Virus record (IMG/VR): IMGVR_UViG_3300036715_002448
Location: 1-64,000 of that record
Source: an uncultured virus (IMG/VR IMGVR_UViG_3300036715_002448)
Lineage: Duplodnaviria; Heunggongvirae; Uroviricota; Caudoviricetes
Length of the DNA: 64,000 nt
Reading direction: 5' to 3' (one strand)
Below, piece after piece: positions 9,679 to 17,315 of the stretch. The notes below the pieces were generated by a model. The model was not told the DNA's origin. It ran no database searches and saw nothing but the letters and a program-made list of their open reading frames with translations. Made by a program: the position numbers and the translations under genes. Within the stretch, counting starts at the first letter, position 1, and every line of letters begins with the position of its first letter.

Positions 9679-10257
9679 TTATAAGTATTTTTTTAATTCA
9701 TCATAGTATTGGTGAACTGATTTAGGTGTCAATTTTTCAAATTCTGCTTTATTATCAGTAGCTATAGATTCTCTCACCTTTGTTCCAGATGGACCTCCTT
9801 GAACCCTTTCATCAACAACTTTCATAATAAAAGGTTCTGTTACAGGAACATCTGATCTTTCTGAGTTGATGTAATTTAATTGGGAAATATAAGATTTTTC
9901 ACGATCAGAACCACAAGCCATACTAATAGGATTGTAACCTTTATCCCTTAACCATTTAACAATTTGTGGAATTACTGTCAATTTTCCTTGTGGGTACAAT
10001 TCAAATGCTTCAATAAATTTAAATTCTTTAGCTACTGAATTTCCAATTTTTTCTAGTAAAGATTCAGGGAAAGGAGACTTTTCATTTTTTGAAATTATTT
10101 GTACAGGAATAACGTTTAAGTTGTATTCCTTAGAAGCTCTTTCAAAAGCAGCAACATGGCCATTATGCACGGGTTGATAACGGCCCGGGAATATCACAAC
10201 ACGTTCCCCAGTTATTGATTCGCAAAGGAATTGGGTATATGTAGGTAAGTTTTTCAT
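9679..10257 (-). CDS. Leader-tagged HIGH-motif nucleotidyltransferase (cytidylyltransferase/NMNAT-like)
   Basis: FPGRYQPVHNGH, CGSDR, SGTKVRE; leader MKNLPTYTQFLCES. Confidence 0.8.
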   Translation of the reverse strand: MKNLPTYTQFLCESITGERVVIFPGRYQPVHNGHVAAFERASKEYNLNVIPVQIISKNEKSPFPESLLEKIGNSVAKEFKFIEAFELYPQGKLTVIPQIVKWLRDKGYNPISMACGSDREKSYISQLNYINSERSDVPVTEPFIMKVVDERVQGGPSGTKVRESIATDNKAEFEKLTPKSVHQYYDELKKYL

Positions 10258-10263
10258 AATTAT

Positions 10264-10575
10264 TTAATTATAGTAGTATTGGTATTGAAATTGTCCTTGA
10301 ATTTGACTACCATCCATTATATTAAAACTATTTAGTATTGAATATACATCGGATGAAGTTATGCCTTGTTTGGAAAGCCTTTCACTTAAAAATCTTTTAA
10401 ATGATTTTGCTCTTTTTTCAGCGGCTTTAATAGAATCAAATTCTTCTTCAAGAATAGTTAGTATGAGTTCTTTTGTGTTGTTTTTTAAAAAATAGTTAAA
10501 TGTTATGTAATACTTTAACGTTTTTATAGAAAAAGACTCATTCAAAAATTCATCAAATGTTTTTAAATTTTGCAT
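10264..10575 (-). CDS. Leader-tagged hypothetical protein
   Basis: MQNLKTFDEFLNES. Confidence 0.75.
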   Translation of the reverse strand: MQNLKTFDEFLNESFSIKTLKYYITFNYFLKNNTKELILTILEEEFDSIKAAEKRAKSFKRFLSERLSKQGITSSDVYSILNSFNIMDGSQIQGQFQYQYYYN

Positions 10576-10584
10576 ATTAAAATA

Positions 10585-11007
10585 TTAATTTACTGTGTTA
10601 AAAAATTTAGTTAAAATATCTGCCATTTCTTTATCAGTGTATGTTTTTCCAGCTTCTAATTCTTCTAAATTGGATGCTTTAACTGCTTCTGGGAATTTAT
10701 TATTAAAATGATTAACTTTCCAAGAATCTTTTTTGTTATTCCATTCCATATCAAAATTAGCCATCCCTAAGTTAGGATACGTTTCTTTGTCAAAAAATTG
10801 AACTCTTGGAAATGTTTTAGAGTCAGGGTCATAATAAACTGCTACACTTACGTGAGCGGTTGTTGTCCTATTTGACTTAATAGACATTATTATTTTCCCT
10901 CCTAATTTAGTAGTTTTTTTAGCATTTCCATATATGACATGTCCTAATGTAATACTATCTAATAAGCCTTCATTTAGGAATTCATCATAAGATTTTAAGT
11001 TTTTCAT
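10585..11007 (-). CDS. Leader-tagged hypothetical protein
   Basis: MKNLKSYDEFLNEG. Confidence 0.75.
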   Translation of the reverse strand: MKNLKSYDEFLNEGLLDSITLGHVIYGNAKKTTKLGGKIIMSIKSNRTTTAHVSVAVYYDPDSKTFPRVQFFDKETYPNLGMANFDMEWNNKKDSWKVNHFNNKFPEAVKASNLEELEAGKTYTDKEMADILTKFFNTVN

Positions 11008-11017
11008 TATTCATAAA

Positions 11018-11329
11018 TTATTTCGTTTTCCAAGAACCTAATACCATAATCATGTGAAGTACTATATTTCCATTGATTTTTTTATATTTCTTAACAAATC
11101 GGTTTGCTAAAGCAACTACTTCTTTTTTAAGTTCATTATCAAGTACTGCATCTGACAATGGATTTTTTTTCCATTCTTTGAACATAGCATTCGTTACCAT
11201 TTTAACATCACTCATCCATTCATCCCACTCTCCTTCAGCAGCTTCTTTATTATCATAGTATTCTACATCATATTTTGTCCAAGCCGTTTCTAGTAAAGAG
11301 TATTCTTCAAATGATTCTAAATTTTTCAT
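11018..11329 (-). CDS. Leader-tagged hypothetical protein
   Basis: MKNLESFEEYSLLET. Confidence 0.7.
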   Translation of the reverse strand: MKNLESFEEYSLLETAWTKYDVEYYDNKEAAEGEWDEWMSDVKMVTNAMFKEWKKNPLSDAVLDNELKKEVVALANRFVKKYKKINGNIVLHMIMVLGSWKTK

Positions 11330-11433
11330 ATTTTGTTTTTTATTTTTATTTAATTTTATGTTTAATACTATTTTATGTTTAATTAATCAAAAACTTATTT
11401 TTCAATTAATTTAAAGTCTGATTCATTTCCTAC

Positions 11434-12210
11434 TTATTCATTAACAAAATCGGAAAATTTCATAAATGTGCTTTCTGTTGCGTAAGGAGCTCTAACATCA
11501 ATTTTTCCTGCTGCTAAAATTTTTCCTACCATTTGAACTTGATTTGGTTTTATTTTAGGCATATCTGCACGTGGAGGTGCACCTGCTGGAGGTCCATTTC
11601 TTTTAATAAGCATTAAAGCATTTTGAACTTTGTGTTCTCCTTGTTTTTCAAACCATTTAATGGCTTTTTCTTTGTCGAAGTATTTTTTATCCATCCATTC
11701 ACCTTCGTATATACATTTTTTAACATCATCCAAAGTTGCAACAAAAATGCTAATATCACCACCTTCTGGTGGAAGTCCTCTTTTGTTTCCAAGTGCATCA
11801 CCAGCGGCTCTAAGAACAGGAATAAGGTCTCCAATGTTTAAATCTACCCTAAGTCCTTCAACTTTTGCATTTGCATTATTGAAAATAGTAGCAGCCCATC
11901 TATGATGACCATCTAAAATTCTATTATCTTTTGAAATAACAGCTTGTAAATCGCCACCTTCAACACCACTTATTGCCATACTTAATGCTTTGCCTAAATA
12001 AACTGCATCTTGGGAAGCTTTTAATGATTTAGCAGGAATTCCTATTTCTTTAGTATACACAACATCATCATGTGCACTACCATCTTGTTTTCCTTTTATA
12101 AAAAACTCATTTTCATCACCTTTAAATGGATCTGGAAATTCTCTTGGATTAACTTCTTTTGTGGGAAGAGCTTCGTTTAAAAAGTCTTCAAATTTTTGTA
12201 ATTTTGCCAT
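11434..12210 (-). CDS. Leader-tagged ParB/sulfiredoxin-like domain protein
   Basis: LKASQD...ISKDNRILDGHHRWAA; leader at N-terminus (MAKLQKFEDFLNE) and again at C-terminus (FMKFSDFVNE*). Confidence 0.7.
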   Translation of the reverse strand: MAKLQKFEDFLNEALPTKEVNPREFPDPFKGDENEFFIKGKQDGSAHDDVVYTKEIGIPAKSLKASQDAVYLGKALSMAISGVEGGDLQAVISKDNRILDGHHRWAATIFNNANAKVEGLRVDLNIGDLIPVLRAAGDALGNKRGLPPEGGDISIFVATLDDVKKCIYEGEWMDKKYFDKEKAIKWFEKQGEHKVQNALMLIKRNGPPAGAPPRADMPKIKPNQVQMVGKILAAGKIDVRAPYATESTFMKFSDFVNE

Positions 12211-12488
12211 TTTATTTTTTTATTTATTTTTCCCAACCCATACGAGTTAAGAGTTCCATCATGTTTTACTTCAGGAAAACTATCATCGTTAAAAAGAGTA
12301 GAAAAATGTTCACCTTTATCAAGATAGTAAATTTTATCGCCAACAATGGCGTGAGCATACCTATCTTCCATGTCTCTAAAAAAATTACTTTTTCTACCAG
12401 AAATTATTATATTTCTTGAATTTGAATAATCGACAATTGGTCCTAGTTTCTCATTCAAAAAATTTTCATAAGATTTTAAATTTTTCGT
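12177..12488 (-). CDS. Leader-tagged protein with ACG in place of ATG (possible early pseudogene)
   Basis: TAACG overlap with upstream stop gives (ACG)KNLKSYENFLNEKLG; 3' end overlaps next gene. Confidence 0.55.
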   Translation of the reverse strand, partial: TKNLKSYENFLNEKLGPIVDYSNSRNIIISGRKSNFFRDMEDRYAHAIVGDKIYYLDKGEHFSTLFNDDSFPEVKHDGTLNSYGLGKINKKIKWQNYKNLKTF

Positions 12489-12802
12489 TATGTCAACTTT
12501 AATTTTTTTAATACAGAATACGGAACTATTGAGTCATCACTTATTGGAATTCCAACGTGTTTTTTATCATCCGCAAAGTCTGCTTGAAAAACATTGGAAC
12601 TATTTCCAACTTGTCCTTGAAAAATACATTTTGTTACATATTCATCTTTACCTGTTACAGATCTTCCAATAGAACTACCGCTTCCATCGCTTGCTCTTTT
12701 GATATAAAGATAAATTTCATCGCCTGCATGTAATTTATGCCAATCTGGTTTAGTTGTTGTTGATTCATTTAAGAATTCATCAAATGTAATTAGTTTTTTC
12801 AT
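12488..12802 (-). CDS. Leader-tagged hypothetical protein
   Basis: MKKLITFDEFLNES. Confidence 0.75.
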   Translation of the reverse strand: MKKLITFDEFLNESTTTKPDWHKLHAGDEIYLYIKRASDGSGSSIGRSVTGKDEYVTKCIFQGQVGNSSNVFQADFADDKKHVGIPISDDSIVPYSVLKKLKLT

Positions 12803-13167
12803 TATATTTTAGTTTTTTTCTTTAGGCTTATAACTTCTTTCATTAACTTATTTAAAGTTTTTTGAATTTCTTTAATGTCTTCATCATCTTCATCATTGTC
12901 TTCGTCTACACTTTCTTGAATATCTTCAAGGTCATTAGCTACATCTTGTAATTTTTTACTTTGTGAGTTAACACTCATTTGTATAAAAATCGAAAGATAA
13001 ATAGCTTCTAAAGACACTATCAAAGTTATAACAAGTAGAATAGTGTTTTTATCAAAAATGTTTAAGAAGTACAAAAAAAATCCAGCAATAAACAATATAG
13101 TATGAATTATGAGAGAACTTACGGAACCTATCCAATATATTATAGCAAATGCTATTTTCTCTATCAT
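12802..13167 (-). CDS. DUF1003-like membrane protein (no leader)
   Basis: Two hydrophobic helices with LIVSLEAIYLSIFIQMSVN, then acidic coiled coil. Confidence 0.65.
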   Translation of the reverse strand: MIEKIAFAIIYWIGSVSSLIIHTILFIAGFFLYFLNIFDKNTILLVITLIVSLEAIYLSIFIQMSVNSQSKKLQDVANDLEDIQESVDEDNDEDDEDIKEIQKTLNKLMKEVISLKKKTKI

Positions 13168-13179
13168 ATTCCATATTGT

Positions 13180-13902
13180 TTATTTTAATTCTTTTTGTTT
13201 ATTAATAGTTGCTTTCAATTCAGATATAAACTCATTTTTACCAAGCTTATCACCATAATGTCCAGATCTAAATATTGGATTAGATGATACATCTACAACG
13301 TATGAAGTAGGACCACCTCCTTCATCAGTGATAGCATCAAAATTAAAGGTATATCTAGTATCATTAATAACTATTTCTGTTTTATAACCAATTGTCCATT
13401 TCCTACCATTTCTATCCATAGCATCTTTACCTTCCTGAGTAATTGCATAACCATTATGAGGTAGATAAATAATGTCGCATCCTTCTTTTATAACTGCTCT
13501 AGAAATGTCACCTACAAAACGATTTTGTAATTTTTTACCCGCGAGTTTTGTCATTTTTTCAACATAATTAGTAGGTACATCAGTTGCATCATAAAGGTTT
13601 TGTATTTCTTCTGGAGTAGCACCTAATTCAATAGCTTTATTACCTAATTTATTAAAATAACCATCATAAGATTTCCAGTTTATGTTATAATTTAACGGTG
13701 CGTTAGAAAGTTTTAAACCTGTTACAAAACGATACATTGCTTTATTTTTATCTGTTATAAGCTTAGCAGCTTTTTCACCATCGTCATGTTTCATAACTAA
13801 ATCTAACATACGGTCCCAGTCTTTGTTGGAAATGCCAGCTGCTTCATTAAGTATATCAAATGATTCGGCTAAGAATTCATCAAATGTTTGTAAGTTTTTC
13901 AT
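13180..13902 (-). CDS. Leader-tagged hypothetical protein, partly paralogous to the ORF at 1-687
   Basis: MKNLQTFDEFLAESFDILNEA; AKLITDKNKAMYRF...GNKAIELGA. Confidence 0.75.
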   Translation of the reverse strand: MKNLQTFDEFLAESFDILNEAAGISNKDWDRMLDLVMKHDDGEKAAKLITDKNKAMYRFVTGLKLSNAPLNYNINWKSYDGYFNKLGNKAIELGATPEEIQNLYDATDVPTNYVEKMTKLAGKKLQNRFVGDISRAVIKEGCDIIYLPHNGYAITQEGKDAMDRNGRKWTIGYKTEIVINDTRYTFNFDAITDEGGGPTSYVVDVSSNPIFRSGHYGDKLGKNEFISELKATINKQKELK

Positions 13903-13959
13903 ATTTTAATTTTATTTTAATTTTCCAGTTTGGTCCTTTTCCTGTAGAAAGGTAATTAG

Positions 13960-15180
13960 CTATTTTTTATAAGCAACCATACCTCTTATCTGATTTAAAG
14001 CAGCAAATACACCAGTGTATTTATATAAAGTTCCTTTGTATAAAAATGTTATACCTTCTGATGGTATAATTGATTCAATTCCACCTACTGCAGTAATTCT
14101 AGAAAGTTCATGTTCTAATTTAGCAACATCTTCTTCTGATCCCGTTGTTCTGATTGTTTTTATGGCATTGTCGATTTCTTTTCTCATTGATTCAGATGCA
14201 GCAGTTGGATTTGCTACAAGAGCAGAAGATATATTTCTCATCAATTCCGTTCCTATTTCAAGAAATATGTTTTCTAATGGGGCAAACACTTCGCGTTTTA
14301 ACTTTTTGGCATCTTTCTTTTCAAGATTTATGTACCATTCAGCATCATTACCTAAGTCTTTTTTAATTTGTGGTATTGAATATGATTTATCAATATCCGC
14401 AATTCTTCTTGCTAATCCATCTAATGCAATTTCAGGTATTTGTATTTTGTCTTTTTCTGCTTGTTTCTTTATAATGTACTTACCCATTCCTATTGCATAA
14501 TCTAAAACAGAAGAATTTTCAGAACAATTTGAGTATTCCATTACTTCTTGAAGTTTCTTTTTATAATAAGACTCTCTTAATGCTGCATTTGGAAATGGTT
14601 TAATTGCAATATCTTCAGGACCTCTAACAAAAAATGTTTTTTGTGATTCTAAATTAGCATCTTTTAATAATTTTCCAATTTCACGACCAGCGGCTTTATC
14701 TTCTCCTTGTGGATTTCCATCCATATCATAAGAAACCACTCCATGAAAAACTAATAAGTTTTGTCCATAGGGTACTGTATTTTGTGTAATAGGTGTTATA
14801 ATTTCTACCGATGCAAATTTCTTACCATTATCAAATAACTTTTCTTTTTCTTTATCTGGCAAAGCTCCAATTGAAGATGTTAAGTCTTCCATTGCAGTTG
14901 TATATGCTATTTCAATATCTCCTCTTCCCGCAAACATATCAGCAATTCCTTTATAATCTAATGCATTTTCACCAGCGTTTTTAAGATGTGATTTGTTTCT
15001 TGCAGCTATAATTTTTCCATTTTTCCAAGAGATCATTATATTTTGACCATCCGTATTATGAACTAATATATTATTAGCAAAATACCTAGAAAAATTATCA
15101 ACCGTTAAGTCGTAACGACATTGATTTTTTTTAATATATTTAATTGACTTGATTTTAGATGTATCGTAAGAGTTCATCAT
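13960..15180 (-). CDS. Split intein IntC (42 aa) + C-extein of KxDG ligase-like nucleotidyltransferase
   Basis: YDLTVDNFSRYFANNILVHN|TDGQN (blocks F/G, Thr+1); later SEGITF and YKYT resemble ligase motifs IV/V. Confidence 0.8.
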   Translation of the reverse strand: MMNSYDTSKIKSIKYIKKNQCRYDLTVDNFSRYFANNILVHNTDGQNIMISWKNGKIIAARNKSHLKNAGENALDYKGIADMFAGRGDIEIAYTTAMEDLTSSIGALPDKEKEKLFDNGKKFASVEIITPITQNTVPYGQNLLVFHGVVSYDMDGNPQGEDKAAGREIGKLLKDANLESQKTFFVRGPEDIAIKPFPNAALRESYYKKKLQEVMEYSNCSENSSVLDYAIGMGKYIIKKQAEKDKIQIPEIALDGLARRIADIDKSYSIPQIKKDLGNDAEWYINLEKKDAKKLKREVFAPLENIFLEIGTELMRNISSALVANPTAASESMRKEIDNAIKTIRTTGSEEDVAKLEHELSRITAVGGIESIIPSEGITFLYKGTLYKYTGVFAALNQIRGMVAYKK

Positions 15181-15244
15181 TTATTATTTTTTTCATTTCA
15201 CTTTCCCAAATAACAAAGTATTTAAAATCGTGTATTTCTGCTAA
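15155..15244 (-). pseudogene. C-terminal remnant of deleted Vsr-like homing endonuclease
   Basis: LAEIHDFKYFVIWESEMKKIINDELLRYI* matches LAEERGFRVLVIWDTE (38102 ORF) and FANSKGFEVLEVWEND (47627 ORF). Confidence 0.75.
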
Positions 15245-15772
15245 TTATTTTTTTATAATCAATTCCATTCCTTCTTTTAAATTTTTAGCAACTATATCAC
15301 CTAGTCCTTTAACATATACTCTATGATTAGGTGTTACTCTTATTACATTTCCATCTTCTGTTTCTATTTCCAACCAATCTTCTGAATTATCATTGTTACT
15401 CCAATTTAATATATCAGCATATTCTACAGTATCAGACAATTCGTTAAAACTTAAAATTTTATCAAGTATTTTATTATCAACTACTTCTTTAATAGTAGTA
15501 AGGCCATTTTCTTTTAGCATAACAATAGAATCGCCTTCTATACATTTTGTTTGAACAAAATTATCGGGGGTAAATCCACCGTTAACTGTTAAACTTAAAA
15601 GTTCAAATAAATCCAAAAATGACAAATTCATATCATCAAAAGGATGTTGTAAATGACCATATGCCCCTCCACAAAAAATAGGGTCATAACTTGCATACAT
15701 AACATCATTACTTTCTGAATCAAAAATAGATATAAATTGATTGTATTTTAAAAAATTATGTGAGTTTTTCAT
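15245..15772 (-). CDS. N-extein (76 aa) of ligase-like protein + split intein IntN (99 aa)
   Basis: GGAYGHLQHPFD...VQTK|CIEGDSIV; block B VTPNHRVY; ends KNLKEGMELIIKK. Confidence 0.8.
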   Translation of the reverse strand: MKNSHNFLKYNQFISIFDSESNDVMYASYDPIFCGGAYGHLQHPFDDMNLSFLDLFELLSLTVNGGFTPDNFVQTKCIEGDSIVMLKENGLTTIKEVVDNKILDKILSFNELSDTVEYADILNWSNNDNSEDWLEIETEDGNVIRVTPNHRVYVKGLGDIVAKNLKEGMELIIKK

Positions 15773-15904
15773 TATACTTATATTGTTTCTATTGGATTTT
15801 TATTACACGTTCTAAATCCTATATAAAATTCTCTAGTAATTTTATGAGTCAATTTATAAACATAAAATACTCAATATTTTGTTTATTAAATATATATTTA
15901 ATCT

Positions 15905-15918
15905 TTTATTTATATATC
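15905..15918 (-). promoter_or_regulatory. Putative late promoter at the head of the leader-tagged array
   Basis: GATATATAAATAAA. Confidence 0.65.
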
Positions 15919-15931
15919 TTCTATAAAAAGA

Positions 15932-15963
15932 AAAAGCCAATAACTTTAGCATTATTGGCTTTT
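15932..15963. terminator. Intrinsic terminator hairpin
   Basis: AAAAGCCAATAA / TTATTGGCTTTT inverted repeat downstream of the 15983 gene. Confidence 0.7.
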
Positions 15964-15982
15964 CGAAAAGTGCAAACTGAAA

Positions 15983-16204
15983 TTAATCAGTTGGTCCTTT
16001 TGGTGTTAGTTTTTGTTCTGGTTCTTCCCCAGATTGAACAGCTTCTGCAGGTGCATTTGCTTTATTCAATTCTTCAACGAAAAGAACTGCATCATAAATC
16101 AAAGCAGAATCTTTTAAAGAATAAACTCCTTTAGATTGAGCCATTTCTGCAGCTTGGATAAGTACTCCAATTGCTTGACCTAGGTTTGAAATTTTTTGTT
16201 CCAT
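15983..16204 (-). CDS. Small helical protein, paralog of 19010-19201
   Basis: NLGQAIGVLIQAAEMAQSKGVYSLKD. Confidence 0.7.
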   Translation of the reverse strand: MEQKISNLGQAIGVLIQAAEMAQSKGVYSLKDSALIYDAVLFVEELNKANAPAEAVQSGEEPEQKLTPKGPTD

Positions 16205-16213
16205 GTTTGTTTT

Positions 16214-17116
16214 TTATTTAATTATTTTAAATTTTTGTTGTATAATATTATATGTAGTTTCGAAATTTTGTTTAAGATCGTTAACTAAAAAATTAATTAA
16301 AACTGTTCGTAATTCTTTATTATTTAGCATTTTTTTAAATCCCCATAAATGAAAATACCATTTAGAAGCTTCTAAAATATTACCGCCGTTTCTAGGAGCT
16401 GGATCCCATTCGATTCTATTTTGTATACCTTCTTCACCGGGTAAGTATGTATTTGTTATTAAAGTAGAATACCTTTTATTCATAAATCTTGCTAACATAG
16501 GTAAAACACGTTGTTCAATAGTCATCATTTCACCATATAAAATAGATTTTTTGGAATTTTCTAAAGCAGTAGTATATGCAATTGTAGTCCACTCATCAAC
16601 AAGTTCTCTATCCCGTAAATGTAAAAAAGAAGTATTAACAGGCATTACATCAGTTAAATCTTTAAATTGATAAGCCATGTGTTTACTTAAAACCTTTTCA
16701 AGTTGTGGATAAACAACAGGACCATTACCTAAAATATGATTTTCACAAAACATACCAGAGAATGAAAGAGGTTTATCCATTTTCAAATCAGGCATTTGTG
16801 AAATAATAACATCAGTGTCTATTATAGCATATTCTTCGTCTGTTATTAAGAAATTACAAAGTATTTTTGCTATTGCCCAATACTGAGTTCTATTAATTCC
16901 TTTTCCTAATAACTCTAAAGAACCATAATTTATTTCGTCATAGTATTTATCAATACCATATTTTTCTAAAACTTTTAAATGAGCTGAGTCACAAATAAGA
17001 TTCATAGAATGTCCTAATTCTTTCCAATGTAAAATAGAAAGAAGCTGTACTAACAGTTCTATTTCAAACCATTCGTGAGGTTCATTGTATTGTTCATAAC
17101 AGTGATATCCATTCAT
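16214..17116 (-). CDS. Putative GT-A fold glycosyltransferase
   Basis: WAIAKI, IIDTDV (DxD), VNTSF, IEQR, YFHLWG. Confidence 0.55.
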   Translation of the reverse strand: MNGYHCYEQYNEPHEWFEIELLVQLLSILHWKELGHSMNLICDSAHLKVLEKYGIDKYYDEINYGSLELLGKGINRTQYWAIAKILCNFLITDEEYAIIDTDVIISQMPDLKMDKPLSFSGMFCENHILGNGPVVYPQLEKVLSKHMAYQFKDLTDVMPVNTSFLHLRDRELVDEWTTIAYTTALENSKKSILYGEMMTIEQRVLPMLARFMNKRYSTLITNTYLPGEEGIQNRIEWDPAPRNGGNILEASKWYFHLWGFKKMLNNKELRTVLINFLVNDLKQNFETTYNIIQQKFKIIK

Positions 17117-17313
17117 TTTACTTCTTCAAAAATAGATTCTTTGGTAATATTAATTTTAACTTGATTTTGCCCAGTTAAGTCTTTTAACAAAATATAAACA
17201 ATATCATCTCTATCCGCATCTACATAAACTTCCCATCCAAAATCCGTAATTTTTCTTTCATTTACCCAAGATTCTACTTTAATGTTAGGTTGTTTTTTAT
17301 AGTAAATTTGCAT
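17113..17313 (-). CDS. Hypothetical protein
   Basis: Short ORF coupled to its neighbours. Confidence 0.55.
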   Translation of the reverse strand: MQIYYKKQPNIKVESWVNERKITDFGWEVYVDADRDDIVYILLKDLTGQNQVKINITKESIFEEVK

Positions 17314-17315
17314 AT

